Below, piece by piece: positions 18,108 through 26,153 of a stretch of DNA of 64,000 nt. Positions within the stretch are counted from its first letter, which is position 1. Every line of letters begins with the position of its first letter. The notes under the pieces were generated by a model. The model saw only the letters and a list, made by a program, of their open reading frames with translations, ran no database searches and was not told where the DNA came from. Origin of the DNA: an uncultured Bdellovibrio sp. GTDB taxonomy: Bacteria > Bdellovibrionota > Bdellovibrionia > Bdellovibrionales > Bdellovibrionaceae. The position numbers and the translations under genes are program-made. The stretch is from the NCBI GenBank assembly GCA_963932905.1, contig CAWVRN010000027.1:55-64054 (forward strand), given 5' to 3'.

Positions 18108-19463
18108 TTAAGCGGTCTGTTCCTCTCTGGCGATGGCATAGTAGTATAATGCTAGCGCCAGTAAAAATCTCGTTCTTTCACAGAATTGCAAACTTTTCTG
18201 TAATGTGTCCTTTTTCGACGTTGTTTGGTGGATAAACGAGCATCCCCCACCACACATATATTTCGCCCAACACGACTGACAGTTATTACGCTCTATAATC
18301 GTTTCTTCAGCGTATCCCGCTAGTTTAGCTTCATCCAGCACCGACCCACTACCTAGGCGATCCTGAACGCTGCCAACGGTCCAAGGACAATTGAACACTT
18401 GGTTGCGGCTATCAATCACCGCAAAACTTCGGCCCAATCCACAATGGTTTTCTAAACGTTCTTGTGAATCCAAGCGATCGAAATAGTTATCAAACAAATA
18501 GATCTTACGCAGTTCTGTTTCGCCGCCTAAATCCCATGCGGCTTTCGCGGTTTTCGTAACTTCTAGCATGTACTGCTCATTCGAAGCTTCGTCTAAATCG
18601 CTAACAGAATAAATAAAATCAATCCAATCGAAATTGAATTGTCTGAAATACTCATACGTTTCTAAAACCGCCGTGTGATCTTTAGTAAATACAGCGTGAA
18701 CGGCTACTGGACCGATCTCTGAACGAACTAAGTTCAATTTCGCTAACGTACTTTCAATCGCTTGCGATGTTGGTTTATTATTTTTTTGCGGACGGAAACG
18801 ATCGGTAATTTCAGGTTTTCCATCCATGCTGATCACAACCGTCGGTTTGTAAGTAGAAAGTAAATTTAAAATTTCATCATTCAGCAATGTGCCATTCGTT
18901 GTGATTTTGTATGACGGCAAAAAACCTTTTTCTTTAGCGGCCCCCGCAACGTACTCACAAATCGCGCGAATCCCCGCTGGGTACAGCAATGGTTCGCCAC
19001 CCAAGAAACTAATATGGAAGCGCTCACCTTTATCCAGTTTAGAAATAAAATAACTCAGCTGAGGTAATGTTTTTTCAATTTCAATACGCTTAACAGGATC
19101 GCCGTAACTACCATCACCGCCAGCGGCGCAGTAAGTGCATTTCAAATTACAAATTTGCGTCACGTTGATATTTAAACTTCTGGCTTTGAATTGAGTTTTA
19201 GTTTTTTTCAATTCAACAACGGGAGATTCTTGGCTCCATGTTTTTAGTTCGTTCGCATTTTCTGCCGACAAATCGGCACCAAATGTTTGTGGAATGATCG
19301 CGGATTTCAATGAAACTTTTGTCAGGCCATTGAACACCTCAGGCGTAAGTCTAGCCACTTCCAAGCTGTCGCTTTGAAAACCAATAAACGCATCCTTACC
19401 GTGCCCCAAAAAAGAGGCGGCGTTAAAGGCAGCTAGGTTTTGATATCGGCTAAGGTCTAACAC
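18108..19463 (-). CDS. Radical SAM/SPASM-domain enzyme (anSME-like peptide maturase candidate)
   Basis: 451 aa from a GTG start with GGAG 7 nt upstream. It has C105-x3-C109-x2-C112 (ICNLKCTYC). The full 7-Cys SPASM pattern is C341-x17-C359, C395-x2-C398-x5-C404-x3-C408 and C428. About 100 aa precede the rSAM motif. Confidence 0.85.
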   Translation of the reverse strand: MLDLSRYQNLAAFNAASFLGHGKDAFIGFQSDSLEVARLTPEVFNGLTKVSLKSAIIPQTFGADLSAENANELKTWSQESPVVELKKTKTQFKARSLNINVTQICNLKCTYCAAGGDGSYGDPVKRIEIEKTLPQLSYFISKLDKGERFHISFLGGEPLLYPAGIRAICEYVAGAAKEKGFLPSYKITTNGTLLNDEILNLLSTYKPTVVISMDGKPEITDRFRPQKNNKPTSQAIESTLAKLNLVRSEIGPVAVHAVFTKDHTAVLETYEYFRQFNFDWIDFIYSVSDLDEASNEQYMLEVTKTAKAAWDLGGETELRKIYLFDNYFDRLDSQERLENHCGLGRSFAVIDSRNQVFNCPWTVGSVQDRLGSGSVLDEAKLAGYAEETIIERNNCQSCWAKYMCGGGCSFIHQTTSKKDTLQKSLQFCERTRFLLALALYYYAIAREEQTA

Positions 19464-19500
19464 TTTTTGACTCCAGTTGCATGTTCCGCTTAATTACCTA

Positions 19501-19516
19501 TGCAAAAAGGAAACCA
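19501..19516 (-). promoter_or_regulatory. Candidate sigma-54 (-24/-12) promoter upstream of the rSAM operon
   Basis: The minus strand reads TGGTTTCCTTTTTGCA. The GG and GC dinucleotides have the canonical spacing of TGGCACG-N4-TTGCW. The -24 half is degenerate (TGGTTT). It ends 37 nt before the GTG start. Confidence 0.35.
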
Positions 19517-19687
19517 ATTTCCAACAAAAACAATTTACGTTTTCATCTGTTATTTCAAATAGATAACTAACTTTTTAACGGTGCCTTTTTGTCCCCCATT
19601 AACGAAGGACTGGCCAGCCTTCAGGCAAACCTAAAAAAAACACAGGGTTCTAGTTTCAGTTTGCACCTCAAAGTCCGATGAAAATGC

Positions 19688-20347
19688 ATGAATTTCCTAG
19701 GGTATAAAAACCTAATTTTTCTATACGTTCTAGCCGTTGTAGTTCTGCAAATGGGCTGCAGCAAAGGCGTCTATTTAGGTCCCGAGTCTGCCGAATTTTT
19801 GGCAACGGCATCAGAAGAAGACTGCGGCTATTTACAGAACGAATATGGCCAACGAGTTTCGTGGAAAGAAAATTTACCGGCAGAATTTTTCGTTTCCAAA
19901 ACTATACCCGAAGAATTTCGTCAAGATATTATCGACGCAGCCGAGGTTTGGAACAAATCGGCTGGAAAAACTGTTTTCAAAATTAACCTATCTGACTTAG
20001 ACGCCGGTCTTTCGACCTCGGATTCAAGAAATACAATCGCGGGCTACCAAACTTGGGACGAAGACAAAACGACTCAACAAGCAGTCACTATCGTAAAATA
20101 TCGCAGCAACCTAATTACAAGTGCCGATATAAAAGTTAACTTACATGATTTTGTTTATTACTCAAAAGATCCACAAAATTCAAAGCAAGTTCATTTTGGT
20201 AGTTTGCTAGTTCACGAACTTGGTCACGCGATGGGTTTAAAACACGCTTCGATTCGTCCAACAGTTATGTGGGCTACACTGGGTTTTGATATCGTCAGAA
20301 CTTCGATTTCAACAACCGATCAAAAATCGATAGGATGCGAGTACTAA
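19688..20347 (+). CDS. Metzincin-type zinc metalloprotease, probable lipoprotein
   Basis: 219 aa. It has a signal peptide with a lipobox-like LQMGCS, the HELGHAMGLKH motif (HExxHxxGxxH) and a downstream TVMW Met-turn candidate. Confidence 0.7.
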   Translation: MNFLGYKNLIFLYVLAVVVLQMGCSKGVYLGPESAEFLATASEEDCGYLQNEYGQRVSWKENLPAEFFVSKTIPEEFRQDIIDAAEVWNKSAGKTVFKINLSDLDAGLSTSDSRNTIAGYQTWDEDKTTQQAVTIVKYRSNLITSADIKVNLHDFVYYSKDPQNSKQVHFGSLLVHELGHAMGLKHASIRPTVMWATLGFDIVRTSISTTDQKSIGCEY

Positions 20348-20995
20348 ATGAAAAAAATATTAGCTCCATTAATTGTTTTCATTCTAATCGCTGCAAGCAC
20401 CTTAGTTTTCAGAAATCAAAATTTACGTCAACCATCTTCAGTGAATGTCGATCAGAACGGAATTCTGAAATTGATCGATAACGATCTATCAAGAAACGAA
20501 AACAAAAAACAAATCAAACGAGCTATTTTGCAAAGCTTAGATTGGAATTTTTCTGTTGAAAAATCGCAGCTCTCTTTTAAATTCGAAAATATTAAACTCC
20601 CTAATGGTAGCCAAACCAGCGACCTTTGCACTGCTTATTCACAGGCCACAATAACGCTAGAGGCACCCAACGTCAGTTACAGTGGCGAGCACCCGGAAAT
20701 AAATATTATTCAAAACTGCGAGAGCTTAGGAAATATTGTACAGTTTGAAATAGATCTGGGTTTACTGACTGATGTTTCCATACTGCAAACCGTGAAGGAA
20801 CAATCCAAATCGCTTGATTCCAGCATCCGCATAAACAATTGGGATGACGACGCCCCAGACAAATGGCGCGTAAAACAAGTGATCTTTCACAGTGCTTCAA
20901 AAACTCAAAAGCAAAATTTCGAAATAACAAAATATGAAATTCTTTCTGTACTTGGCTATTCTGTTGAATTTCAAACCACAGCAAAGAAACAATAA
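20348..20995 (+). CDS. Secreted hypothetical protein
   Basis: 215 aa with a signal/anchor (MKKILAPLIVFILIAAS). Its ATG directly follows the protease TAA (TAAATG). Confidence 0.5.
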   Translation: MKKILAPLIVFILIAASTLVFRNQNLRQPSSVNVDQNGILKLIDNDLSRNENKKQIKRAILQSLDWNFSVEKSQLSFKFENIKLPNGSQTSDLCTAYSQATITLEAPNVSYSGEHPEINIIQNCESLGNIVQFEIDLGLLTDVSILQTVKEQSKSLDSSIRINNWDDDAPDKWRVKQVIFHSASKTQKQNFEITKYEILSVLGYSVEFQTTAKKQ

Positions 20996-21007
20996 TAAGG
21001 AACCTGA

Positions 21008-21277
21008 GTGAAAGCCAAAGTTACAATTAATTCCGTTGAATACGAAGTGAATACTGATCCCAAAGAACCTCTACTTGAGTCGTGTTTGCGTGCGCAAATA
21101 GGTCCGCCCTATTCATGTCTCGAAGGTGTTTGCTCTTTTTGCGAAGCCGAAGTTACAAACGGTGAAGTTAGAGTTAGACCAGGTTGCGAAACCGAGTCGC
21201 ATCCAAAGACAGTAAAAACGTGTCAGTCCTTTCCTGTATCAAAGACTGTAAATTTAAAATATTTAAAAAACACTTGA
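21008..21277 (+). CDS. Small 2Fe-2S ferredoxin-like protein
   Basis: 89 aa from a GTG start preceded by AAGGAA. It has the C-x4-C-x2-C spacing (SCLEGVCSFC) plus a distal Cys (KTCQSFP). Confidence 0.6.
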   Translation: MKAKVTINSVEYEVNTDPKEPLLESCLRAQIGPPYSCLEGVCSFCEAEVTNGEVRVRPGCETESHPKTVKTCQSFPVSKTVNLKYLKNT

Positions 21278-21308
21278 TGCACAAAATACTCCATGGAACC
21301 CTTTAGGT

Positions 21309-22307
21309 ATGTCACTTTATGTTAAATTTTGGGGAGTTAGAGGATCCTTACCTTCGAGTATGACACCGCAAGGTTGGACGTCACACATCCAAAATATACT
21401 AACAAATTACGATTCCAGCAAATCATCCACGGGTGGCATGGGTAACACGTCGTCGAGTCCATCAAAATTTTTATCAAATAAAAAAATCCATGAAATCGGT
21501 GGTTACGGCACCGGTACAACTTGTGTAGAAGTTAAATCTGCAAAAACTCAATTGATCATTGACGGTGGAACCGGCATTCGTAATTTCAGCGAAAAAATAA
21601 TGTCCGGAACATCGGGCCATGTAAAAGGTCCTTACCACATCTACATGACACATTTCCATTGGGACCACGTCATGGGTTTACCATTCTTCACACCGCACTT
21701 TGTTTCTGGTACACAAATTCACTATTACGGAGTTCAGAAAGACATCGAAGCATTAATCCGGGGTATTTTTAAACGCCCTTATTTCCCTGTCGCGTTTGAA
21801 CAATTAGCTGCAAAAATTCACTTTCATGTTCTAGAACCACGCCAAGCTTTTCAAATTGGTGATATGACAATTACGCCTTATTTGCTTGATCATCCAGATC
21901 CATGCTGGGGGCTAAAAGTCGAAGCTGGTGGCAAATGTTATTCTCACTGCGTGGATACAGAGGGTACTCGCGTAAGCCGCGAAGAACTTGGCTATGATTT
22001 AAAACTTTATGAAAATGTCGACTTAATGTATTTCGATGCCCAATATACATTTCCTGAGCTAGCCGAGAAAGCAAACTGGGGCCATAGCGCTGCACAGATT
22101 GGTTTAGATTTAGCCTTCCGTGAAGGTATCAAAAAAGTATTGTTTGCCCATCATGATCCGGGTGCAACAATCGAACAAATTCAGTCTATCAAAGATCAAA
22201 CTCTAGAATACTTTCAGTGGCGACTTGATCACGCTAAAGAATGCAACGAAGAAATCCCTATCTGCGAATGGGATTTTGCCTACGAAGGTTTAGAAATTAA
22301 ACTATAA
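21309..22307 (+). CDS. MBL-fold metallo-hydrolase
   Basis: 332 aa. It has the HFHWDH (HxHxDH) motif, later H and D ligands, and a KFWGVRGSLPS N-terminus. Confidence 0.75.
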   Translation: MSLYVKFWGVRGSLPSSMTPQGWTSHIQNILTNYDSSKSSTGGMGNTSSSPSKFLSNKKIHEIGGYGTGTTCVEVKSAKTQLIIDGGTGIRNFSEKIMSGTSGHVKGPYHIYMTHFHWDHVMGLPFFTPHFVSGTQIHYYGVQKDIEALIRGIFKRPYFPVAFEQLAAKIHFHVLEPRQAFQIGDMTITPYLLDHPDPCWGLKVEAGGKCYSHCVDTEGTRVSREELGYDLKLYENVDLMYFDAQYTFPELAEKANWGHSAAQIGLDLAFREGIKKVLFAHHDPGATIEQIQSIKDQTLEYFQWRLDHAKECNEEIPICEWDFAYEGLEIKL

Positions 22308-22316
22308 AGGTGTCCA

Positions 22317-22889
22317 GTGATTGGAATTTTTTCGAAATGCTTACTGTTCTGCATTTTAATTTCTTCACTGTCGCATGCGTCAGCCATTCTTGGTTTAGAC
22401 TATATTCTTTTTACAGATAAAAATACTGTCGAAGCCAATACTTCGTCGTCATCAAACAAATCTATGTACGTGTTCAATTTAGGCTTCACTATCAATCAAA
22501 AAAAATCGTTTTATTTTGGCTGGTCCGTTTATAGCGTAATTACTAAAGACGAAACCAACAACCAGTTTTCTAACTATACAACCCAAGACATGGGTCCTAG
22601 CTTTCGATATGAGTTTGGCCGCGGTGGTTGGTATTTCTTAAGCTTTATCTACGGTATACGCACACAAACTAGCTTCGACACTGGCGGCACCGAGGAAACC
22701 TGGTTAGGCACAAATTATTTGTTCCAAGCAGGTGTTTCACCCGAACTTTCGGAAAGTTTTCATGTTGTTTTTGCGTTCAATTATTTCCATGGCGGTTCCA
22801 CTAAAAAATTAGTTTCTGATACACAGACAGACGTTACCTATTCTAAGGCTTTCATGACCCCAACCCTTGGGGTCACTTATAAATGGTAA
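22317..22889 (+). CDS. Putative outer-membrane beta-barrel protein
   Basis: 190 aa from a GTG start. It has a signal peptide, alternating aromatic/polar strands and a C-terminal aromatic residue (..GVTYKW). Confidence 0.45.
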   Translation: MIGIFSKCLLFCILISSLSHASAILGLDYILFTDKNTVEANTSSSSNKSMYVFNLGFTINQKKSFYFGWSVYSVITKDETNNQFSNYTTQDMGPSFRYEFGRGGWYFLSFIYGIRTQTSFDTGGTEETWLGTNYLFQAGVSPELSESFHVVFAFNYFHGGSTKKLVSDTQTDVTYSKAFMTPTLGVTYKW

Positions 22890-23165
22890 CTATTTAGTTG
22901 CTGTCCCTGTATAAATTGGGGATGTCGGAGTCGACCAGGTAACGCTGAGGATAAAGTAGTACCGCTTTTGGATTTATCTTTTGCACAACCTAGAACGACT
23001 ATGGAAGTGGTTTTTAACATTCCTTTGTCTCATATTGGGAATCCACACTCTTTCCAGAATTCTTTGGCATGATGATTCAAACAACTAGTACTGAATGGCA
23101 GCATTTCAGGTCCTGACTTGCATGCTGACACAGAGTAGTCGATCCTAACTACAGGGAAGAAATAT

Positions 23166-23834
23166 ATGAATTTATTAATAGTAGAAGATGATCCAATTAT
23201 AGCACGCGGACTTCAGGTTTTTTTGGAGTCTGCCAATTTTAAAGTTTCACACGCTAGCACTTTAAAACGCGCTTTTGAATTATTTGAAAAAGAAAAATAT
23301 AATTTAGCCGTATTAGATCTAGGCCTGACAGATGGCTCCGGTCTAACTTTTCTTGGACACGTTCGTGACAGCGGATCGTCACTACCTATTATTATCTTAA
23401 CAGCAAAGACTGATGAGGATTCGGTAGTTGAAGGCTTGCAAAAAGGAGCCAACGATTACATGAAGAAACCTTTCAGTAATCGCGAACTCCATGCGCGAAT
23501 CAATTCAGTTTTAAGAGTTCCCCCTCCATCAGAAAATACGGTAACATTTGGCGAGATGCAAATTTCAAAAGATCAGCGCATTGTAAAAATCAAAGATAAG
23601 ACTGTCGAACTTAATCGTCGCGAATTTGATTTACTTGTTCTTCTCAGTATAAAGCCCGACACGATTCTAACTCGCGAAAGAATTCTGACCGTTCTAGATA
23701 AGGAAGGTGAAATCTTTGATCGCACCGTAGATTCCCATATCAGCCATCTACGTTCTAAATTAAGACAAGCCGGCGCTGAAGGAATTAAAATTTCATCAGT
23801 CTATGGCGTTGGTTATCGATTGGAGAAAGTGTGA
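23166..23834 (+). CDS. OmpR-family response regulator
   Basis: 222 aa. The REC domain reads LLIVEDD...VLDLGLTDG...KP. The C-terminus is a winged-helix domain (..VYGVGYRLE). Confidence 0.9.
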   Translation: MNLLIVEDDPIIARGLQVFLESANFKVSHASTLKRAFELFEKEKYNLAVLDLGLTDGSGLTFLGHVRDSGSSLPIIILTAKTDEDSVVEGLQKGANDYMKKPFSNRELHARINSVLRVPPPSENTVTFGEMQISKDQRIVKIKDKTVELNRREFDLLVLLSIKPDTILTRERILTVLDKEGEIFDRTVDSHISHLRSKLRQAGAEGIKISSVYGVGYRLEKV

Positions 23835-25384
23835 TTACTACTCGCATTTACCAGAAGTATTTTTTAATGGCTGTATCACTCATTCTCGTATTTATAATTT
23901 TGGGTGTAGCTTTTAATAACTACATGATGGAACTAATGCGTCCTCAGAAGCGCGAATCTATGGCGCCAATTTTCATTGCCAGAATTATCGATAGAATTAA
24001 TCCCACGGACAAAGCAAAGTCCATTGAGGAACTTCAATCCTGGGATCGTGGACCAATGAGTCCTAGATTATCCTTAGTCAATCAAACTGGTGAATGCTTA
24101 TATCCTAAAAGCTGTGACTTAGGTATCGATTGGAAAACTGTGGTTTTCCCGAAAAACACTTATGAATTTACGACGATAAAAAATAAAGTTGATCAGCCAC
24201 CACGACCGCCAAATTTTGGATTTTTTCCACCACTTGGTGGACCTGGAGTCCCCGGTGGGCCTGGTGGTCCCGGCGGACCGGGTGGCCCTGGCGGTCCCGG
24301 TGGTCCACCATTCATGCACATGGAGCCAACACTTATTAAATTAAATAATCCGGAACCATTGTACTTGGTTGTTATGGCAGGAAATCCGCCTCCAATGCCT
24401 CCGCCAGGCGGGGCCTACGGTCCCTTGCTTGGAATTGGGTCACTTCTTATATCTTTATTTTTAGGCGTAGGTTTCACAGTCGCTATCATTTTCAATTCCA
24501 TGCGCAAAGGTGTAACAGAAGCCGACCGAGTTATTTCTGAAATTAAAAGTGGGAATTTGAAATCACGCTTTAAAGTAAACCGTAAAGATGAATTTGGTCA
24601 GGCCATGCAACGCTTCAACACAATGGCAGACGAAATTGAAAAACTAGTTCACGGTTTAAAAACATCAGAACAAGCACGAACAAAAGTTCTTCAAGAACTA
24701 GCACATGATTTAAGAACACCGCTGGCATCACTCAGAAACCTAATCGACACACTTCATTCCAGTATAGATCGTTTAGACAGTGACACACGAAACGAATTAC
24801 TCACACTCTCATCGAAAGAAATCGACTACTTCGAACGTCTTGTTGAAGACCTATTATTTTTAGCGCAATTGAAAGAACCGGACTATGTAGATGTTCGTTC
24901 CACATTCAATCTGCCGGAAACTATCTTGGATGTGACGGAAGACTGCCTATTTATGTATTCTCAAAAAGGAAAAAAACTGGAACTAGTTGAAAATTTAAAA
25001 AACCAACAGCAACAATTTGCCGGCGACCAACATCCTATCAAACGATTGGCGCGGAACGCAGTCGAGAACGCCTGTTCATTTGCAAAATCTAAAGTGACTG
25101 TGAAATTAGAAAACGTCGATAATAGGATGATTCGACTGACCATCGCTGACGACGGTCCAGGATTTAAAAACGAAGATCTAGGCCAGTTTGGACAAAGAAA
25201 TATTAGCCGAAAATTAAATACGGATGCAAATGGTCGCGTTTCATTGGGATTAGGCTCTGTCGTTATCAAAACAATTTGCGATGTTTATCATGGCACCGTT
25301 TCTATACAGAATATAAAAAGCAGTTCGGGAGCGGTACTTGGTGCAGAAATCAGGATCGAACTACCTAATAACCTGTACGCATAA
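23831..25384 (+). CDS. Sensor histidine kinase (HAMP-HisKA-HATPase) with a Gly/Pro-rich sensor region
   Basis: 517 aa from a GTG start that overlaps the regulator stop (GTGA). It has two TM segments, a HAMP domain, an H-box (HDLRTPLASL) and an ATPase domain (DDGPGF, GLGSVV). Confidence 0.85.
   Translation: MITTRIYQKYFLMAVSLILVFIILGVAFNNYMMELMRPQKRESMAPIFIARIIDRINPTDKAKSIEELQSWDRGPMSPRLSLVNQTGECLYPKSCDLGIDWKTVVFPKNTYEFTTIKNKVDQPPRPPNFGFFPPLGGPGVPGGPGGPGGPGGPGGPGGPPFMHMEPTLIKLNNPEPLYLVVMAGNPPPMPPPGGAYGPLLGIGSLLISLFLGVGFTVAIIFNSMRKGVTEADRVISEIKSGNLKSRFKVNRKDEFGQAMQRFNTMADEIEKLVHGLKTSEQARTKVLQELAHDLRTPLASLRNLIDTLHSSIDRLDSDTRNELLTLSSKEIDYFERLVEDLLFLAQLKEPDYVDVRSTFNLPETILDVTEDCLFMYSQKGKKLELVENLKNQQQQFAGDQHPIKRLARNAVENACSFAKSKVTVKLENVDNRMIRLTIADDGPGFKNEDLGQFGQRNISRKLNTDANGRVSLGLGSVVIKTICDVYHGTVSIQNIKSSSGAVLGAEIRIELPNNLYA
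24236..24307 (+). repeat. In-frame 8 x 9-nt (GGN-GGN-CCN) tract encoding GGP GVP (GGP)6
   Basis: Read directly: ggtggacct ggagtcccc ggtgggcct ggtggtccc ggcggaccg ggtggccct ggcggtccc ggtggtcca. The units differ at synonymous positions. Confidence 0.9.
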
Positions 25385-25517
25385 GTAAAGTTTTATCGCC
25401 TATACAACGAACAAGTTTCCGGGTATGAAATCTGCCAATAGCGACAGAATTCGCACGCTAGTAACATGAACCAATGCCTATCGGTTTATCGATCAAATCA
25501 TTAATTTATCGGCACAA

Positions 25518-25973
25518 TTACTTGCGCTTACGATCTTGGTGACGCTTGCGAATAGCTTCGCGTCGTTGAGGCGAAAGGCTTTTGTATTTTTTAAGATTAT
25601 TTTTAATCTTTTCGCGCTTTTCCGGAGACATGCTTTTCCAACGTGCGTAGTTATCACGAATTTTAGCTTTGCGATCATCCGGAAGATTTTTATAACGGTT
25701 CCAGTTTTTCACTAGCTCAGCCCGGTGCTCCGGTGGCAATTGTTTAAATTTTTGGAATGATGCTATTAGCGTTTTCCTTTTTTCTGGAGTCAACGCTTTG
25801 AAACTTTCCCATTTTTTCTGAAGTTCGGCCCTTTGCTCAGGAGTTAGGGAATCCCATTTCTGTTTTTGACCCTTTAAATATGTATCTTCGCCTGCAACTT
25901 CGCCCTGGGCTTTGGCTTGCAGGCCAATCAGTGGAACAATGGATAATAGCTGAACAAATTGACGGCGTTTCAT
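25518..25973 (-). CDS. Secreted DUF3106-like repeat protein
   Basis: 151 aa with a signal peptide carrying an RR (MKRRQFVQLL). There are six W/F/Y-x-x-x-K-x-L/M-(T/S/P)-P-E-x-R-like repeats, e.g. KWDSLTPEQRAEL, FKALTPEKRKTL and WKSMSPEKREKI. Confidence 0.6.
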   Translation of the reverse strand: MKRRQFVQLLSIVPLIGLQAKAQGEVAGEDTYLKGQKQKWDSLTPEQRAELQKKWESFKALTPEKRKTLIASFQKFKQLPPEHRAELVKNWNRYKNLPDDRKAKIRDNYARWKSMSPEKREKIKNNLKKYKSLSPQRREAIRKRHQDRKRK

Positions 25974-25976
25974 AGA

Positions 25977-26144
25977 CTATTCCTCTTCCAATTTTAAATC
26001 TTCAGGCTCATCTGTTGATTTTCCATCTGTTTTTTCGGCGTCTTCTAGATTCTGAATCATGTCCCAATCTTTTTCATTTTGGAGCAACTCCATATTTATC
26101 AGCATATCTAGATTTTTTAATAATTCTTTATCATCATCATTCAT
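25977..26144 (-). CDS. Unannotated 55-aa acidic small protein
   Basis: Hand translation gives MNDDDKELLKNLDMLINMELLQNEKDWDMIQNLEDAEKTDGKSTDEPEDLKLEEE. AAGG lies upstream. The ORF starts 9 nt after the anti-sigma stop and ends 3 nt before the next ATG. Confidence 0.45.
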   Translation of the reverse strand: MNDDDKELLKNLDMLINMELLQNEKDWDMIQNLEDAEKTDGKSTDEPEDLKLEEE

Positions 26145-26153
26145 ATATATACC

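Noticed and set aside
19481-19570. A 29-aa plus-strand ORF (MFRLITYAKRKPISNKNNLRFHLLFQIDN) in the rSAM/protease divergent region could be a second precursor peptide.
   Set aside because: It has no RBS and no Cys or other motif related to the downstream peptide. It also overlaps the candidate sigma-54 element on the other strand.
19608-19624. The plus-strand sequence TGGCCAGCCTTCAGGCA upstream of the metalloprotease gene looked like a second sigma-54 promoter.
   Set aside because: The GG-to-GC spacing is one nucleotide too long, and the -12 half (AGGCA) deviates from TTGCW. It is weaker than the minus-strand candidate.
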